Shown: positions 48,977-58,288 of the stretch, piece by piece
Position numbering within the stretch: the stretch's first letter is position 1
How the letters are laid out: the number at the start of each line of letters is the position of its first letter
NCBI GenBank assembly: GCA_041671325.1
Contig: JBAZBR010000002.1
Span: 73,978 to 137,977, forward strand
DNA from: Patescibacteria group bacterium
GTDB lineage: Bacteria > Patescibacteriota > Patescibacteriia > PEXW01
Reading direction: 5' to 3'
DNA: 64,000 nucleotides
Position numbers and translations under genes: made by a program
Notes under the pieces: model-generated
Databases searched by the model: none
Told to the model about the DNA's origin: nothing
What the model saw: the letters and a program-made list of their open reading frames with translations, nothing else

Positions 48977-49618
48977 ATGTACTCTCTTGATAGGTTTAAA
49001 GTTTTGTCAGTTGGTAAGGCTTTTGCAATAGTCGGTTTGGTCGGCGGGATTTTTGGAGGGCTATGGGTGTTTTTGACTTTTTCTAATGTGGCCTGCATGC
49101 AAGTTGATGTCCAACCCTACCAGACAAGCGGATTGACTTTGGCCCCAGACTATTGTTCAACACCGGGTTTGGCCACCAGATTGCTGGTCTTGTTTATTGC
49201 TTGGCTGGCCTGCATTGCCTTGGCCTTTGTTATGGGGATTATTTATGCCGCTTTGTATAATTGGTTGTCCGAATATTTTGGGAAAATTAAGGTAAGGTTG
49301 AATTTAAACCAAAAAGGCGCTTACGAAATAACCCATTTCCAGGTTTGGTCAGTGGTTAAGAACCTGGCCATCATTTGGCTGATAGTCGGTTTAATTGTTA
49401 ACGTGCTTGTGATTATTTTTTCTATTAATTTCTTTGGTGCATTCTTAAGTTTCGGAAGCTCAAATGTCTTTTATGAGTCAAGTTTATTTGCTTTTTTAAT
49501 TGGTTGGTTAGGTTCGGCAATCGCATTTGTAGGCTTAACCGCCTTAATTACCTGGCTTTATAATTTACTCAGCCGATTTGTCGGCCATATTACCATTCAT
49601 TTAGGCGTAAAATCTTAA
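48977..49618 (+). CDS. Membrane protein, internal duplication of the preceding unit (two YNxLSxxFGxI motifs)
   Basis: IIYAALYNWLSEYFGKIKVRL and ALITWLYNLLSRFVGHITIHL. Confidence 0.6.
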   Translation: MYSLDRFKVLSVGKAFAIVGLVGGIFGGLWVFLTFSNVACMQVDVQPYQTSGLTLAPDYCSTPGLATRLLVLFIAWLACIALAFVMGIIYAALYNWLSEYFGKIKVRLNLNQKGAYEITHFQVWSVVKNLAIIWLIVGLIVNVLVIIFSINFFGAFLSFGSSNVFYESSLFAFLIGWLGSAIAFVGLTALITWLYNLLSRFVGHITIHLGVKS

Positions 49619-49635
49619 TCTTAATTTAAAAAATT

Positions 49636-50199
49636 ATGTCCATATCCAAAGCCGTTGAAAAGTATTTAAAAAATTCAAAAATAAAATATCAAATCATTCC
49701 GCATAAGACGGTTTTTACGGTTTATGACTTGGCGCAAACCTTGAAAACCAAATTAGACCAGGTAGTCAAAACCCTTTTAGTCAAAGTCGACCAAAAATAC
49801 GTGTTGGTAGTCATGCCCGCGCATTACCGGATGGATTTTGGCAAACTGAAAAAATTATTAAAAGCCAAGAAAGTGGATATTGCTAAAGAAAAAGACATGC
49901 AAACCAAATTTAAGACCAAGCCCGGCGCCATGACTGCCTTTGGCCCTTTGCACAAATTGGAAGTGGTGGCGGATAAGTCTTTGAATAAAACCAAAGAAGC
50001 CCTGTTTTCCGCAGGAAGTTTTACGGATAGTGTCAGGTTAAAAGTTAAGGATTATATTGGCATGGTTGAGCCAACAATAGCGGATATTGGCAAAAAATTC
50101 CCAATTAAGCTCCAGATCGTTAAGAAATCTAAGCCGAAGAAGATCCATCATAAAGGCAAAGGGAAGCCAAAGGCGCGGAAGTCCAAACGCAAAAAGTAG
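49636..50199 (+). CDS. YbaK/ProX-like aminoacyl-tRNA deacylase with Lys-rich C-terminal tail
   Basis: YbaK-domain similarity; C-terminal KKSKPKKIHHKGKGKPKARKSKRKK. Confidence 0.6.
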   Translation: MSISKAVEKYLKNSKIKYQIIPHKTVFTVYDLAQTLKTKLDQVVKTLLVKVDQKYVLVVMPAHYRMDFGKLKKLLKAKKVDIAKEKDMQTKFKTKPGAMTAFGPLHKLEVVADKSLNKTKEALFSAGSFTDSVRLKVKDYIGMVEPTIADIGKKFPIKLQIVKKSKPKKIHHKGKGKPKARKSKRKK

Positions 50200-50220
50200 C
50201 ATTCCGGTAAAAAAGTAAGC

Positions 50221-50955
50221 ATGAGGAAAATTAAAATCGAAAAATTTGAAGGCCCTTTAGACCTCCTGCTCCAGCTGATAGAGCAGGAAGAATTGGATAT
50301 TTCGCAAGTAGCTTTAGCCCAGGTTACGGAACAGTATTTGCAGGCCTTGGATAATGCCGAAGTCTTTTCTGCGGAAGAATTGGCGGATTTCCTGGTGGTT
50401 GCGGCCAAACTATTGTTAATAAAATCAAGGATTCTTTTGCCTGAACTGGCTATAGAAGGGGCGGAAGAAGCTCTGGATCTGGAAAAACAGCTGAAAATTT
50501 TTAAGGAATATTTGGAAGCCTCCAAAAATATCGCTAAAATAATCCATAAGCGGAGGTTCACTTTTGGCCGCGGCAAGCCCGCCGTGGTAATTGAAAAGAA
50601 GTTTTCCCCACCGGAAAAAGTCACGGGTGAAAAGCTAAAAGCGCTATTTCTTGGAGTGCTTAAGGAAATTGAATTAGTGGTCAGCCTGCCCAAAGCCATG
50701 GTGGAAAAGACTGTTTCAATTTCGGAAAAAATTGAGATAATCCGTGCTATAATTTTGGATAAGGCTTTGGTTTCTTTCAAATCGATTATCAAGGATGCCA
50801 AAACTAAAACTGACGTGATTGTTTCTTTCCTAGCGCTTTTAGAATTAGTTAAGCAAAGGACTATTTTAGTCAAACAGTCAAAAATGTTCCAGGATATTGA
50901 GATTGTCAGGATAGATAATTCGAATAATAATTCAAATACTCATGTTGAAGAATAA
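50221..50955 (+). CDS. scpA: Segregation and condensation protein A
   Basis: FEGPLDLLLQLIEQEELDI N-terminus. Confidence 0.88.
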   Translation: MRKIKIEKFEGPLDLLLQLIEQEELDISQVALAQVTEQYLQALDNAEVFSAEELADFLVVAAKLLLIKSRILLPELAIEGAEEALDLEKQLKIFKEYLEASKNIAKIIHKRRFTFGRGKPAVVIEKKFSPPEKVTGEKLKALFLGVLKEIELVVSLPKAMVEKTVSISEKIEIIRAIILDKALVSFKSIIKDAKTKTDVIVSFLALLELVKQRTILVKQSKMFQDIEIVRIDNSNNNSNTHVEE

Positions 50956-51508
50956 AATTGAAACCTTGTTATTTTTGGCCGGCCGGCCAATGTCGGTGAA
51001 AAAAATTGCGGAAATTACTAAAGCTTCGAACGCTGAAGTCAAACAGGCTATGGATGAATTAATCAAGGATTATGAAGATAAAAAGGGCGGGCTCTTAATC
51101 CAAAAAGCCGGTGACAGTTACCAGATGGTTTCACATCCAGACTTAAAAAGTTTAGCCCAAGCTTTTGTAAAAGAAGAAGTTTCTGGCGAATTGACCAAAC
51201 CCAGCTTGGAAGCTTTGACTATCGTAGCCTATCGCGGTCCGGTTTCCAAGGCGGAATTGGAGCAAATCCGGGGCGTGAATTGCAGTTTGATCTTGAGGAA
51301 CTTAATGATTCGCGGCTTAGTTGAAGCTGACTATGATAAGATCCGGGCGGTGACAGTCTATAATGTCACTTTGGATTTTGTCAGGTTTTTAGGCTTGGCC
51401 AGGGTAGAAGAATTGCCTGATTACGCTAAACTCCATGATCATGAAACTTTGTTAAAATTATTAAATCCAGATGCCGCCCAAGAAGAAACCAAAATCGAAA
51501 GTGTCTAA
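50942..51508 (+). CDS. scpB: Segregation and condensation protein B
   Basis: Winged-helix ScpB homology. Confidence 0.85.
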   Translation: MLKNKIETLLFLAGRPMSVKKIAEITKASNAEVKQAMDELIKDYEDKKGGLLIQKAGDSYQMVSHPDLKSLAQAFVKEEVSGELTKPSLEALTIVAYRGPVSKAELEQIRGVNCSLILRNLMIRGLVEADYDKIRAVTVYNVTLDFVRFLGLARVEELPDYAKLHDHETLLKLLNPDAAQEETKIESV

Positions 51509-52490
51509 AACCAAAAAAACCAGCAGAAAAAATTGGATTTTAGCTAGTGCCATGTTTTTTATTTATGGCGGCGCAATCATCGCCTGTGTGGCCATGACAT
51601 TTTTTTACTATACCTATCCGGCCGCAAAAAATTCCAGACAAGCCTTGGTAGCCGGGGAAAACTCAGTGCTTTGGTATAAGCCGGTTTTAAAAAGCAGCAC
51701 TTTTTTGAATCCCCAAGTTTCGGCTGAAGCAGGGATTTTGATTGACGCAGATTCGGCAGAAATTTTGTGGGCTAAAAACCAAAACCAACCCAGGCCCGTA
51801 GCCAGTTTAACTAAGCTAGTCACAGCCTTGGCTTTTTTAAAAACCAATCCCAACCTCCAGGAATTTTTCAAAGTCCCAAGTAATTTCAATAATGATGGCA
51901 AAGAACTGGTCGAACCAGGGGATAGCATCAGTACTTTGAAATTAATGCCTGGCGATAAAATTACATACAAGGATTTATTGTTCAGCGCCTTGATAAGTTC
52001 AGCTAATAATTCGGCCTTGGCTCTGGCCAACAAGGTCGGTGAGGGAAATTATTTAGCAAACCAACTTACAGCATTTGCCCAGAATTCTGGCGCGATCAAC
52101 GCAAATTTTAATGAAGGTTCTGGTTTAGATTCAGGCGATATCGCCTCAGCCATGGACATGGCAATCCTTTTGAACGTTGCCTTAAAAAATGAAATTATCA
52201 GCCAGGCCTTAAGCTTGCCGACTTATTCTTTTCAAACCCAAAATGGTCAGAGGAAAACCGCGGTCAATACCGATAAATTATTGAATTCTGATGGTTACCA
52301 GGTTCTTGGCGGTAAAACCGGTTATTTAGAAGAGGCCGGTTATAATTTGGCAATCAAGGCAGAGAAAAACGGCCATAATCTAATTTTGGTCTTACTCGGT
52401 TGCCCGACCTCTGATGACCGTTTTGCCGGGGCAGATAGTTTGTTAAAGTGGGGATTTGATGGCCACAACTGGCTTGCCCAAAGGCAGTAA
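51471..52490 (+). CDS. D-alanyl-D-alanine carboxypeptidase (S11 peptidase, PBP5/6-like)
   Basis: SxxK ASLTKL, SAN (SGN-equivalent) and KTG motifs; start may be the internal ATG 51552. Confidence 0.8.
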   Translation: MPPKKKPKSKVSKTKKTSRKNWILASAMFFIYGGAIIACVAMTFFYYTYPAAKNSRQALVAGENSVLWYKPVLKSSTFLNPQVSAEAGILIDADSAEILWAKNQNQPRPVASLTKLVTALAFLKTNPNLQEFFKVPSNFNNDGKELVEPGDSISTLKLMPGDKITYKDLLFSALISSANNSALALANKVGEGNYLANQLTAFAQNSGAINANFNEGSGLDSGDIASAMDMAILLNVALKNEIISQALSLPTYSFQTQNGQRKTAVNTDKLLNSDGYQVLGGKTGYLEEAGYNLAIKAEKNGHNLILVLLGCPTSDDRFAGADSLLKWGFDGHNWLAQRQ

Positions 52491-52531
52491 AATCAATGGT
52501 AAAATAAGCAATTTTGCAGTATGCTAAAAGC

Positions 52532-53281
52532 ATGAAGCCTATTGTAATTGCAAACTGGAAAATGAATTTGACCGGCCATGAGGCTTTGGCTTTTCTTGAA
52601 GTTTTTTTGAAAAAGCAAGAGGTTTTAAAACTGGCTGAAGTGGTAATTTGCCCGGCCGCCCCAGTTTTGGAGGTTGTGGCAAAAAGATTAAAAAATACCT
52701 CAATTTACTGGGGGGCCCAAAACGCCCATTGGGAAGAGCATGGAGCTTTCACCGGTGAAATTTCCATGGAAATGTTAGCGGATTTGGAATGCCGCCTGGT
52801 CCTTTGCGGACATTCGGAAAGAAGAAAATGGTTTAAGGAAACAGATTTTGAAATTGCCAGGAAAGTTGAACAGGCTTTGGCTCATGGCTTAACCCCAGTA
52901 TTATGCGTGGGCGAAACTTTTGATGAAAGGCAGAAACAAAAACAGGAAGTGGTGGTTATGGAACAAGTCAGGAAAGGCACGGAATTGTTAAAAGCTTTTC
53001 CTTCCTTGTCTTTAATCATCGCTTATGAACCAAGATGGGCTATTGGCACAGGTCAAGCTATTGAACCAGAACAGGCTTGGGGCATGGCCAGGGTAATTCG
53101 CAGCACTTTGAGGGAAGTCTTGCCCACTGGCGCAGAAAGCATACCCATCATCTATGGCGGCAGCGTGAACGAGCTGAATGTGGCAAATTTTGTGGATAAT
53201 GAAATCATTTCTGGGGTTTTGGTTGGCGGGGCTAGTTTAGATCCGGAAAAATTTCACCAATTAATCGCGCAATTAATTTAA
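52532..53281 (+). CDS. tpiA: Triosephosphate isomerase
   Basis: IANWKMN, AYEPRWAIGTGQ; the track ORF begins 18 nt upstream. Confidence 0.92.
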   Translation: MKPIVIANWKMNLTGHEALAFLEVFLKKQEVLKLAEVVICPAAPVLEVVAKRLKNTSIYWGAQNAHWEEHGAFTGEISMEMLADLECRLVLCGHSERRKWFKETDFEIARKVEQALAHGLTPVLCVGETFDERQKQKQEVVVMEQVRKGTELLKAFPSLSLIIAYEPRWAIGTGQAIEPEQAWGMARVIRSTLREVLPTGAESIPIIYGGSVNELNVANFVDNEIISGVLVGGASLDPEKFHQLIAQLI

Positions 53282-53286
53282 AAAAT

Positions 53287-54159
53287 ATGCTTACTCATAT
53301 CCGTGAATTAATGAAAGATGCCATTGAAAAAAATTATGCTATTGGCGCCTTCAATGTCGAAAATCTGGAAACTACCCTGGGTATAGTCCGGGCGGCAGTC
53401 AAGGAAAAGTCGCCCATTATCTTGCAAGTTTCAGAAAGGACAATTGAATATGCAGGCTTAAAAGCCATAACGACAATTGTGGAATGTATTGCCAGGGATG
53501 AAGCTGGCAACATCCCCATTGCCCTGCATCTGGATCATGGCCGATCCTTCCGGTCGGTTGCCGAATGCATTGGGGCCGGGTTTTCCTCTATTATGATTGA
53601 CGCTTCGGAAATGCCTTTGCAGGAAAATATAATTTTGACCAAGCAGGCGGTTGATTATGCACACCGGAAAGATGTTTGGGCCCAAGGCGAGCTTGGCACG
53701 GTGAAAGCTTTGGAAGAGGCCATGACTATGGAACAAAGAAAGCCTTTCATGACTAAGCCAGAGGAAGCCAAAGAATTTGTCCAAAAGACCGGGGTAGACA
53801 CTTTGGCGGTGGCAGTGGGCAACATCCATGGCGTGGTCAAAATGCGCAAAGGCACCAGCCAAGAGTTGGATTTAGAAAGACTCGGGGAAATACACCTGGC
53901 TTTGCCGAATATACCTTTGGTTTTGCATGGCGCTTCGGGTTTAGGCCAGACCCAACTGGATAAGGGTATGGAAAATGGGATTAGGATTATTAATATGAAT
54001 ACCGAGCTTAAATTAGCCTTTGTCGGGGCTTTGCGCACGCATTTGTTAGGGGATCCAGACGCTTATGATCCCAGGTTTGTCTTCAAGCCCGCCATAGAGG
54101 CTTTGTCAGAACTGGTGGCTAAAAAACTCAAAACCTTGGGCAGCAGTAAAAAAGCTTAA
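53287..54159 (+). CDS. fba: Fructose-bisphosphate aldolase class II
   Basis: LHLDHG; class II FBA/TBP family. Confidence 0.88.
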   Translation: MLTHIRELMKDAIEKNYAIGAFNVENLETTLGIVRAAVKEKSPIILQVSERTIEYAGLKAITTIVECIARDEAGNIPIALHLDHGRSFRSVAECIGAGFSSIMIDASEMPLQENIILTKQAVDYAHRKDVWAQGELGTVKALEEAMTMEQRKPFMTKPEEAKEFVQKTGVDTLAVAVGNIHGVVKMRKGTSQELDLERLGEIHLALPNIPLVLHGASGLGQTQLDKGMENGIRIINMNTELKLAFVGALRTHLLGDPDAYDPRFVFKPAIEALSELVAKKLKTLGSSKKA

Positions 54160-54185
54160 AATAACCAATTAATTTTATTAAAAAT

Positions 54186-55193
54186 ATGGCAGTAAAAATT
54201 GCAATCAACGGGTTTGGCCGCATCGGCCGCATGGCCGTAAGGGCGGGCTTAAACAACCCCAAAATTTCCTTTGTGGCAGTAAACGATCTGACTGATGTAA
54301 AGACTAATGCTCATTTGTTAAAATACGATTCTGTCCACGGGATCTTAAAAGAAGAGGTAAAGGTTGTTGGCAATACCATTCAAGTCGGCAAGCACACCAT
54401 GCAGGTTTTTGCCGAAAAGGATCCCAGTAAACTGCCGTGGAAACAATTAGGTGTGGATGTGGTCTTGGAATGCACCGGGGTGTTTACCAAAAAAGAACAG
54501 GCAAAAATCCATATTCAAGCGGGAGCGAAAAAGGTCATAATTTCCGCACCCGCCAATGATGCGGATGCCACCGTGGTTTTAGGGGTTAATGAGCAGGTTT
54601 TGAATGACAAATGCGAAGTGATTTCCAATGCTTCTTGTACTACTAATTCGCTTTCACCCGTGGCTTTGGTTATGGAAAAAACTTTTGGCATTGAACGGGG
54701 CATGATGAATACCATCCATTCTTATACCAACGACCAGAGGATTTTGGATTTGCCGCACAAAGATTTGCGCCGAGCTAGGTCTGCAGCCTTATCAATCATT
54801 CCAACCACCACCGGTGCTACCAAAGCAGCAGCAAAGACCGTGCCAGCCTTGAAAGACAAAATGCAAGGCGTTTCTTTGCGCGTACCCACGCCTTGCGGTT
54901 CCATAACGGATTTTGTTTTCATCGCCAAAAAATCCCCTAAAGATGAAGCTGAAGTTAATGCCGCTTTGAAAAAAGCCGCTGAAACTTATTTAAAAAATAT
55001 CCTAGAATATTCCGAAGAGCCTTTAGTTTCTCACGATATTATTGATAACCCGCATTCTTCAATAATCGATGGGCTTTCCACCCAGGTGAACGGCAACATG
55101 GTCAGGGTTTTGGCTTGGTATGACAATGAATGGGGTTATTCCTGCCGTTTGGTGGAATTAGCCGTGAAGTTAAAAAATATAGGCATTAAATAA
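54186..55193 (+). CDS. gap: Glyceraldehyde-3-phosphate dehydrogenase
   Basis: INGFGRIGR, SNASCTTNSLSP. Confidence 0.95.
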   Translation: MAVKIAINGFGRIGRMAVRAGLNNPKISFVAVNDLTDVKTNAHLLKYDSVHGILKEEVKVVGNTIQVGKHTMQVFAEKDPSKLPWKQLGVDVVLECTGVFTKKEQAKIHIQAGAKKVIISAPANDADATVVLGVNEQVLNDKCEVISNASCTTNSLSPVALVMEKTFGIERGMMNTIHSYTNDQRILDLPHKDLRRARSAALSIIPTTTGATKAAAKTVPALKDKMQGVSLRVPTPCGSITDFVFIAKKSPKDEAEVNAALKKAAETYLKNILEYSEEPLVSHDIIDNPHSSIIDGLSTQVNGNMVRVLAWYDNEWGYSCRLVELAVKLKNIGIK

Positions 55194-55200
55194 AATATAA

Positions 55201-55240
55201 CAGGGATCCTCTGTGAGGATCCCTGAGGGTTTAAAACCCT
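55201..55240. terminator. Palindromic hairpins between convergent gap and DUF4177 genes (weak U-tract)
   Basis: CAGGGATCCTC-TGTG-AGGATCCCTG; AGGGTTTAAAACCCT. Confidence 0.4.
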
Positions 55241-55248
55241 GGTCGCTA

Positions 55249-55419
55249 TTATTCGATCGGCCTTTTGAGGATAAGCGTATTAACGCGGTGCGTTTCCAGG
55301 CTTGTTCCCGTTATTGAGCCACAAACTTCCCAGCCTTGTTGCCCCAATTCATTTAGTTTCGTTAAGTCGTGATCTCTGTCGCTACCATACGCAAACACAT
55401 CGTATTGCCATTTTTGCAT
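55249..55419 (-). CDS. DUF4177 domain protein (56 aa)
   Basis: MQKWQYDV...LNELGQQGWEV matches the DUF4177 pattern; GAGGT RBS 5 nt upstream of ATG. Confidence 0.65.
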   Translation of the reverse strand: MQKWQYDVFAYGSDRDHDLTKLNELGQQGWEVCGSITGTSLETHRVNTLILKRPIE

Positions 55420-55500
55420 AATTACCTCGCGGTTAAAGGGTTTAAAAGTGCAATACATTATTGTACTTTTTCCAGAGTTTTTGTCAACTGATAAGAACTA

Positions 55501-55668
55501 CTATATTAAAAAAGCGCTTGGGTTTAAGCCAAGCACGACAGCACCAAACATGTCTATGTTTTCACGGATGTATGCCAGCCGCATGAAATATCCGGCGAGC
55601 AGCGTTGCCCCGATAAATAATATCCAAGAGCCAATAACGACCTTGTGGCACATAAACCAGGATTTCAT
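55501..55668 (-). CDS. Small membrane protein (55 aa), not in the ORF track
   Basis: AAGGAGAG RBS 5 nt before ATG; two hydrophobic helices; co-directional and just upstream of the DUF4177 gene. Confidence 0.55.
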   Translation of the reverse strand: MKSWFMCHKVVIGSWILFIGATLLAGYFMRLAYIRENIDMFGAVVLGLNPSAFLI

Positions 55669-55790
55669 GATTACTCTCCTTTGTATTGTTAAAACAGCAC
55701 CTTGTTTATTTTCGATGAAAATCTAAATAGACAGCATAGATTATTACAGATTAGTATAATTGTCAAGATAACAGGGTTTGCGTTACGAAC

Positions 55791-55818
55791 TTTACAAAAG
55801 TTTCATATTATGATAAGT
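55791..55818 (+). promoter_or_regulatory. Putative cspA promoter TTTACA-N16-ATAAGT (ATTATGATAAGTT motif), long 5' UTR with TTGTACA...TGTACAA palindrome
   Basis: Shared extended -10 string; ~100-nt leader typical of cold-shock genes. Confidence 0.45.
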
Positions 55819-55923
55819 TTCTTTTGTACAGAGGTAAACTCATGTACAAATATAGATCTAAAAAATATAGTCGAATTTTTTACAGATGCTATATACAATT
55901 AGATCAATTTCACAAATTCTTAT

Positions 55924-56121
55924 ATGCAAGGAAAAATTAAAAATTTGACTGACAAAAACTTTGGCTTTATCACGGCAGAAGGCCAGGATAAAGAATTGTT
56001 TTTTCATGCTAATGAGTTAGTGGGTGTAGCCTTCAGTGATTTACAAGTTGGCGATGCAGTCAGCTTTGAACTCACCGACACGCCTAAAGGCCCAGCAGCA
56101 GTCAAGGTCAGCAAAGTCTAA
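55924..56121 (+). CDS. cspA: Cold-shock protein (CspA family)
   Basis: GKIKNLTDKNFGFITAEGQDKELFFH (RNP1/RNP2 motifs). Confidence 0.93.
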   Translation: MQGKIKNLTDKNFGFITAEGQDKELFFHANELVGVAFSDLQVGDAVSFELTDTPKGPAAVKVSKV

Positions 56122-56136
56122 ATTCAGTATTTAGCC

Positions 56137-56169
56137 AAAAAGTACTCACTAAACCTGAGTGCTTTTTTA
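56137..56169 (+). terminator. Rho-independent terminator after cspA
   Basis: AGTACTCA...TGAGTGCT + TTTTTT. Confidence 0.7.
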
Positions 56170-56189
56170 GTTAAGTTTTTTCTATTAAG

Positions 56190-56330
56190 ATATCCAGCGC
56201 AAACGAGGAGCGCATCCCGAGTTTGCCGAGGGAGAGCACGCGTTTGCGCTGAAAAGCGAGGCTTCGCACGAAGAGCGGAGTTTTTCGTGTTTACGCGAAA
56301 ACGTAGCTCGAAGTGCGAAACGAGCTGGTA
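56190..56330. repeat. GC-rich structured element related to 35640-35786 (9-bp perfect stem GCGCAAACG/CGTTTGCGC plus further hairpins)
   Basis: Shared sequence blocks and the same stem position with compensatory changes relative to element at 35658-35710. Confidence 0.5.
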
Positions 56331-56472
56331 GCCCACTCCGGTCTTGGAACAAGACTCTAAGGGTATTGTAAGGCTTTCTCGGGCTACTTTAGATAGATTT
56401 AAGTCTCTCGGTCGGGGCTTTTTTTTAAGAATGAGACAAATGAGACACTACAAACCAGATTTGGTACCTGTC

Positions 56473-57027
56473 TCATTCTTCAATCATATTAGCGCTTCCG
56501 GACAATTTATAAGGGTCATTCGTTAACGCCCACCAGAGCGATGTATTGATAATATCAGGCTCACCATTTTCATCTAAATCTCGAATTTGTAGCGTGCGAT
56601 CAACCAACTCGACCCATTGCCACTTACCCGGGCTAAAAATATATCCAGCATAATCAAAATTGACACTGGAAGGTAGTTCTGCAAGCTTCACTTCACCATT
56701 TTCTTTATGCACCTCTGTCATGCCGAGAACTGAAATAATTCCGTTAGGATCATCCGGTTGCGTAAATGGATCACTCTCTGGAGCTAATTTTGAATATGCA
56801 TAGAATTTAAACATACCTGCGAATGCATCATTTACTTGGTAATAAACAGCTAGTACTCCAGTTACAAAACCAAAAAAAGCGAACAAAGAAATAACCGCAA
56901 GCGTTATTCGCCTCCAAGGAGTTGTCTTCATTTTTACGAAAAACCAAATTAACCCTACTAATCCAATCACGATAAGTGGGATAATAAAGTAAAAGGTTGT
57001 CGTGTTAATATCAAATTGTGGATCCAT
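56473..57027 (-). CDS. Hypothetical membrane protein (2 N-terminal TM, extracytoplasmic domain)
   Basis: Hydrophobicity; no motif. Confidence 0.6.
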   Translation of the reverse strand: MDPQFDINTTTFYFIIPLIVIGLVGLIWFFVKMKTTPWRRITLAVISLFAFFGFVTGVLAVYYQVNDAFAGMFKFYAYSKLAPESDPFTQPDDPNGIISVLGMTEVHKENGEVKLAELPSSVNFDYAGYIFSPGKWQWVELVDRTLQIRDLDENGEPDIINTSLWWALTNDPYKLSGSANMIEE

Positions 57028-57053
57028 AGAAAGTTTCTTAATATTTATATTAT

Positions 57054-57094
57054 ATCAAAAAAAGAAGCTCTGGCAAGAGAGTCGCCAGAGCTTT
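57054..57094 (-). terminator. Rho-independent terminator for the lipoprotein gene
   Basis: AAGCTCTGGC...GCCAGAGCTT then T-run on the minus strand. Confidence 0.7.
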
Positions 57095-57112
57095 ATTGCG
57101 TCAGATTACCAG

Positions 57113-57601
57113 CTACGGGCAGCTACCCTGCCAAGGCGAGGGTTCGCCTACGCTGTTGAACTGGAGACAACCCAGGTGCGTCGATCCACTGATACATTTC
57201 GACGGCCAGGTATGCGATTGAATACCCACAAAATTGTTCCATACATTTGCGATGTATCCGCAACCGGCAGGCAGTCCGCTAATGGAGACATATCTGTACC
57301 CGCCAGGCAAGGTCATGGTAGTGCTCTGCCACCAGACATAGCCATTCTGCTGAACCTGGAAGGTCCAGTAGCCCAGGTTGGACGGACCCCGGACCGAAAA
57401 AGTTGCGGTCGCGGTAGAAAGCGCCATATTCGGTGATCCCTTTTCGTCGCCAGTAATGGTCACAACGAGCGTATCGCCCTTCACCGCCGTTGTATACGAC
57501 GAAGTCGGATTGGACTGCTGGTCAGCATTCTCGGAACAGCCGATGAAGGCGAGAACCAAGAAAAGCGACAGCAAGGTGAGAAGAGTTTTCTTCAAAGTCA
57601 C
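57113..57601 (-). CDS. Putative lipoprotein (signal peptide + lipobox FIGC)
   Basis: MTLKKTLLTLLSLFLVLAFIGC; locally GC-enriched. Confidence 0.65.
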   Translation of the reverse strand: MTLKKTLLTLLSLFLVLAFIGCSENADQQSNPTSSYTTAVKGDTLVVTITGDEKGSPNMALSTATATFSVRGPSNLGYWTFQVQQNGYVWWQSTTMTLPGGYRYVSISGLPAGCGYIANVWNNFVGIQSHTWPSKCISGSTHLGCLQFNSVGEPSPWQGSCP

Positions 57602-58210
57602 TTTGTGACTCCTTTTTTGAGGTTTTAGATTAACAACTGTCTAAAAAGGTTACTTATCGATAAGACCCCCTTTCATTTTGAAGGAACAATAATACCCAAT
57701 TGGTAAATTGGGGCAAAAAACAATGAGCTTTGGCTCATCTAGCTCAAGTATACATACCTATGAAAATATTGCAAGGCTCAAGAGGTATCCAATGAGTCTG
57801 AAATTAATATTCGAAAGTATGCAAAACATCTTCTCAGAGAGAGAAGCATCACAGAAAAAAGAAAACTACTCGCGAATTTACGGAGTAGGTTGGTGTATCA
57901 GGATAAGAAAATTATGTTAGTATAAATTAATTTTTTAAACTGGTACCTCAATTACGCCTAGGGATGAATCTTGAGTTCGAACTACACTCTGCTCACAGGC
58001 AAAACTGGAGAATGACAATAAGAGCGTGAATGTAAAACGCGGACTGCGGACTAGGTGCGAAAAAGGTCGCGGCCAAAGAAATCTTTGGCTCGAACCTCGT
58101 TCTGGCTTTCGGGAAAGTCCGCCCTGTTCTAAATTTTCGCCCACAAAGACACTGGTTTGCCATACCCAGCGCCAGAGAAAAAATCGGTCAAATTTCTGAT
58201 TGTCAGATGT

Positions 58211-58288
58211 TGGTACCGCCACCGGGATTTGAACCCGGGTTACCAGGATGAGAACCTGGCGTCCTAGACCGAACTAGACGATAGCGGC
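58211..58288 (-). tRNA. tRNA-Glu (anticodon CTC)
   Basis: Cloverleaf: acceptor GCCGCTA/TGGCGGT (two G-U), anticodon stem CCAGG/CCTGG with loop TTCTCAT, T-arm CCGGG-TTCAAAT-CCCGG, CCA encoded. Confidence 0.75.

Noticed and set aside
55448-55726. Plus-strand 92-aa ORF
   Set aside because: No RBS. The opposite strand carries a 55-aa membrane ORF with a strong AAGGAGAG Shine-Dalgarno in operon arrangement with DUF4177.
57708-57920. Plus-strand 70-aa ORF
   Set aside because: Low-complexity poly-Ser content, no RBS, lies in the promoter region of the minus-strand tRNA/lipoprotein genes.
57935-58222. Minus-strand 95-aa ORF overlapping tRNA-Glu
   Set aside because: It overlaps the tRNA 3' end. No RBS and no coding features.
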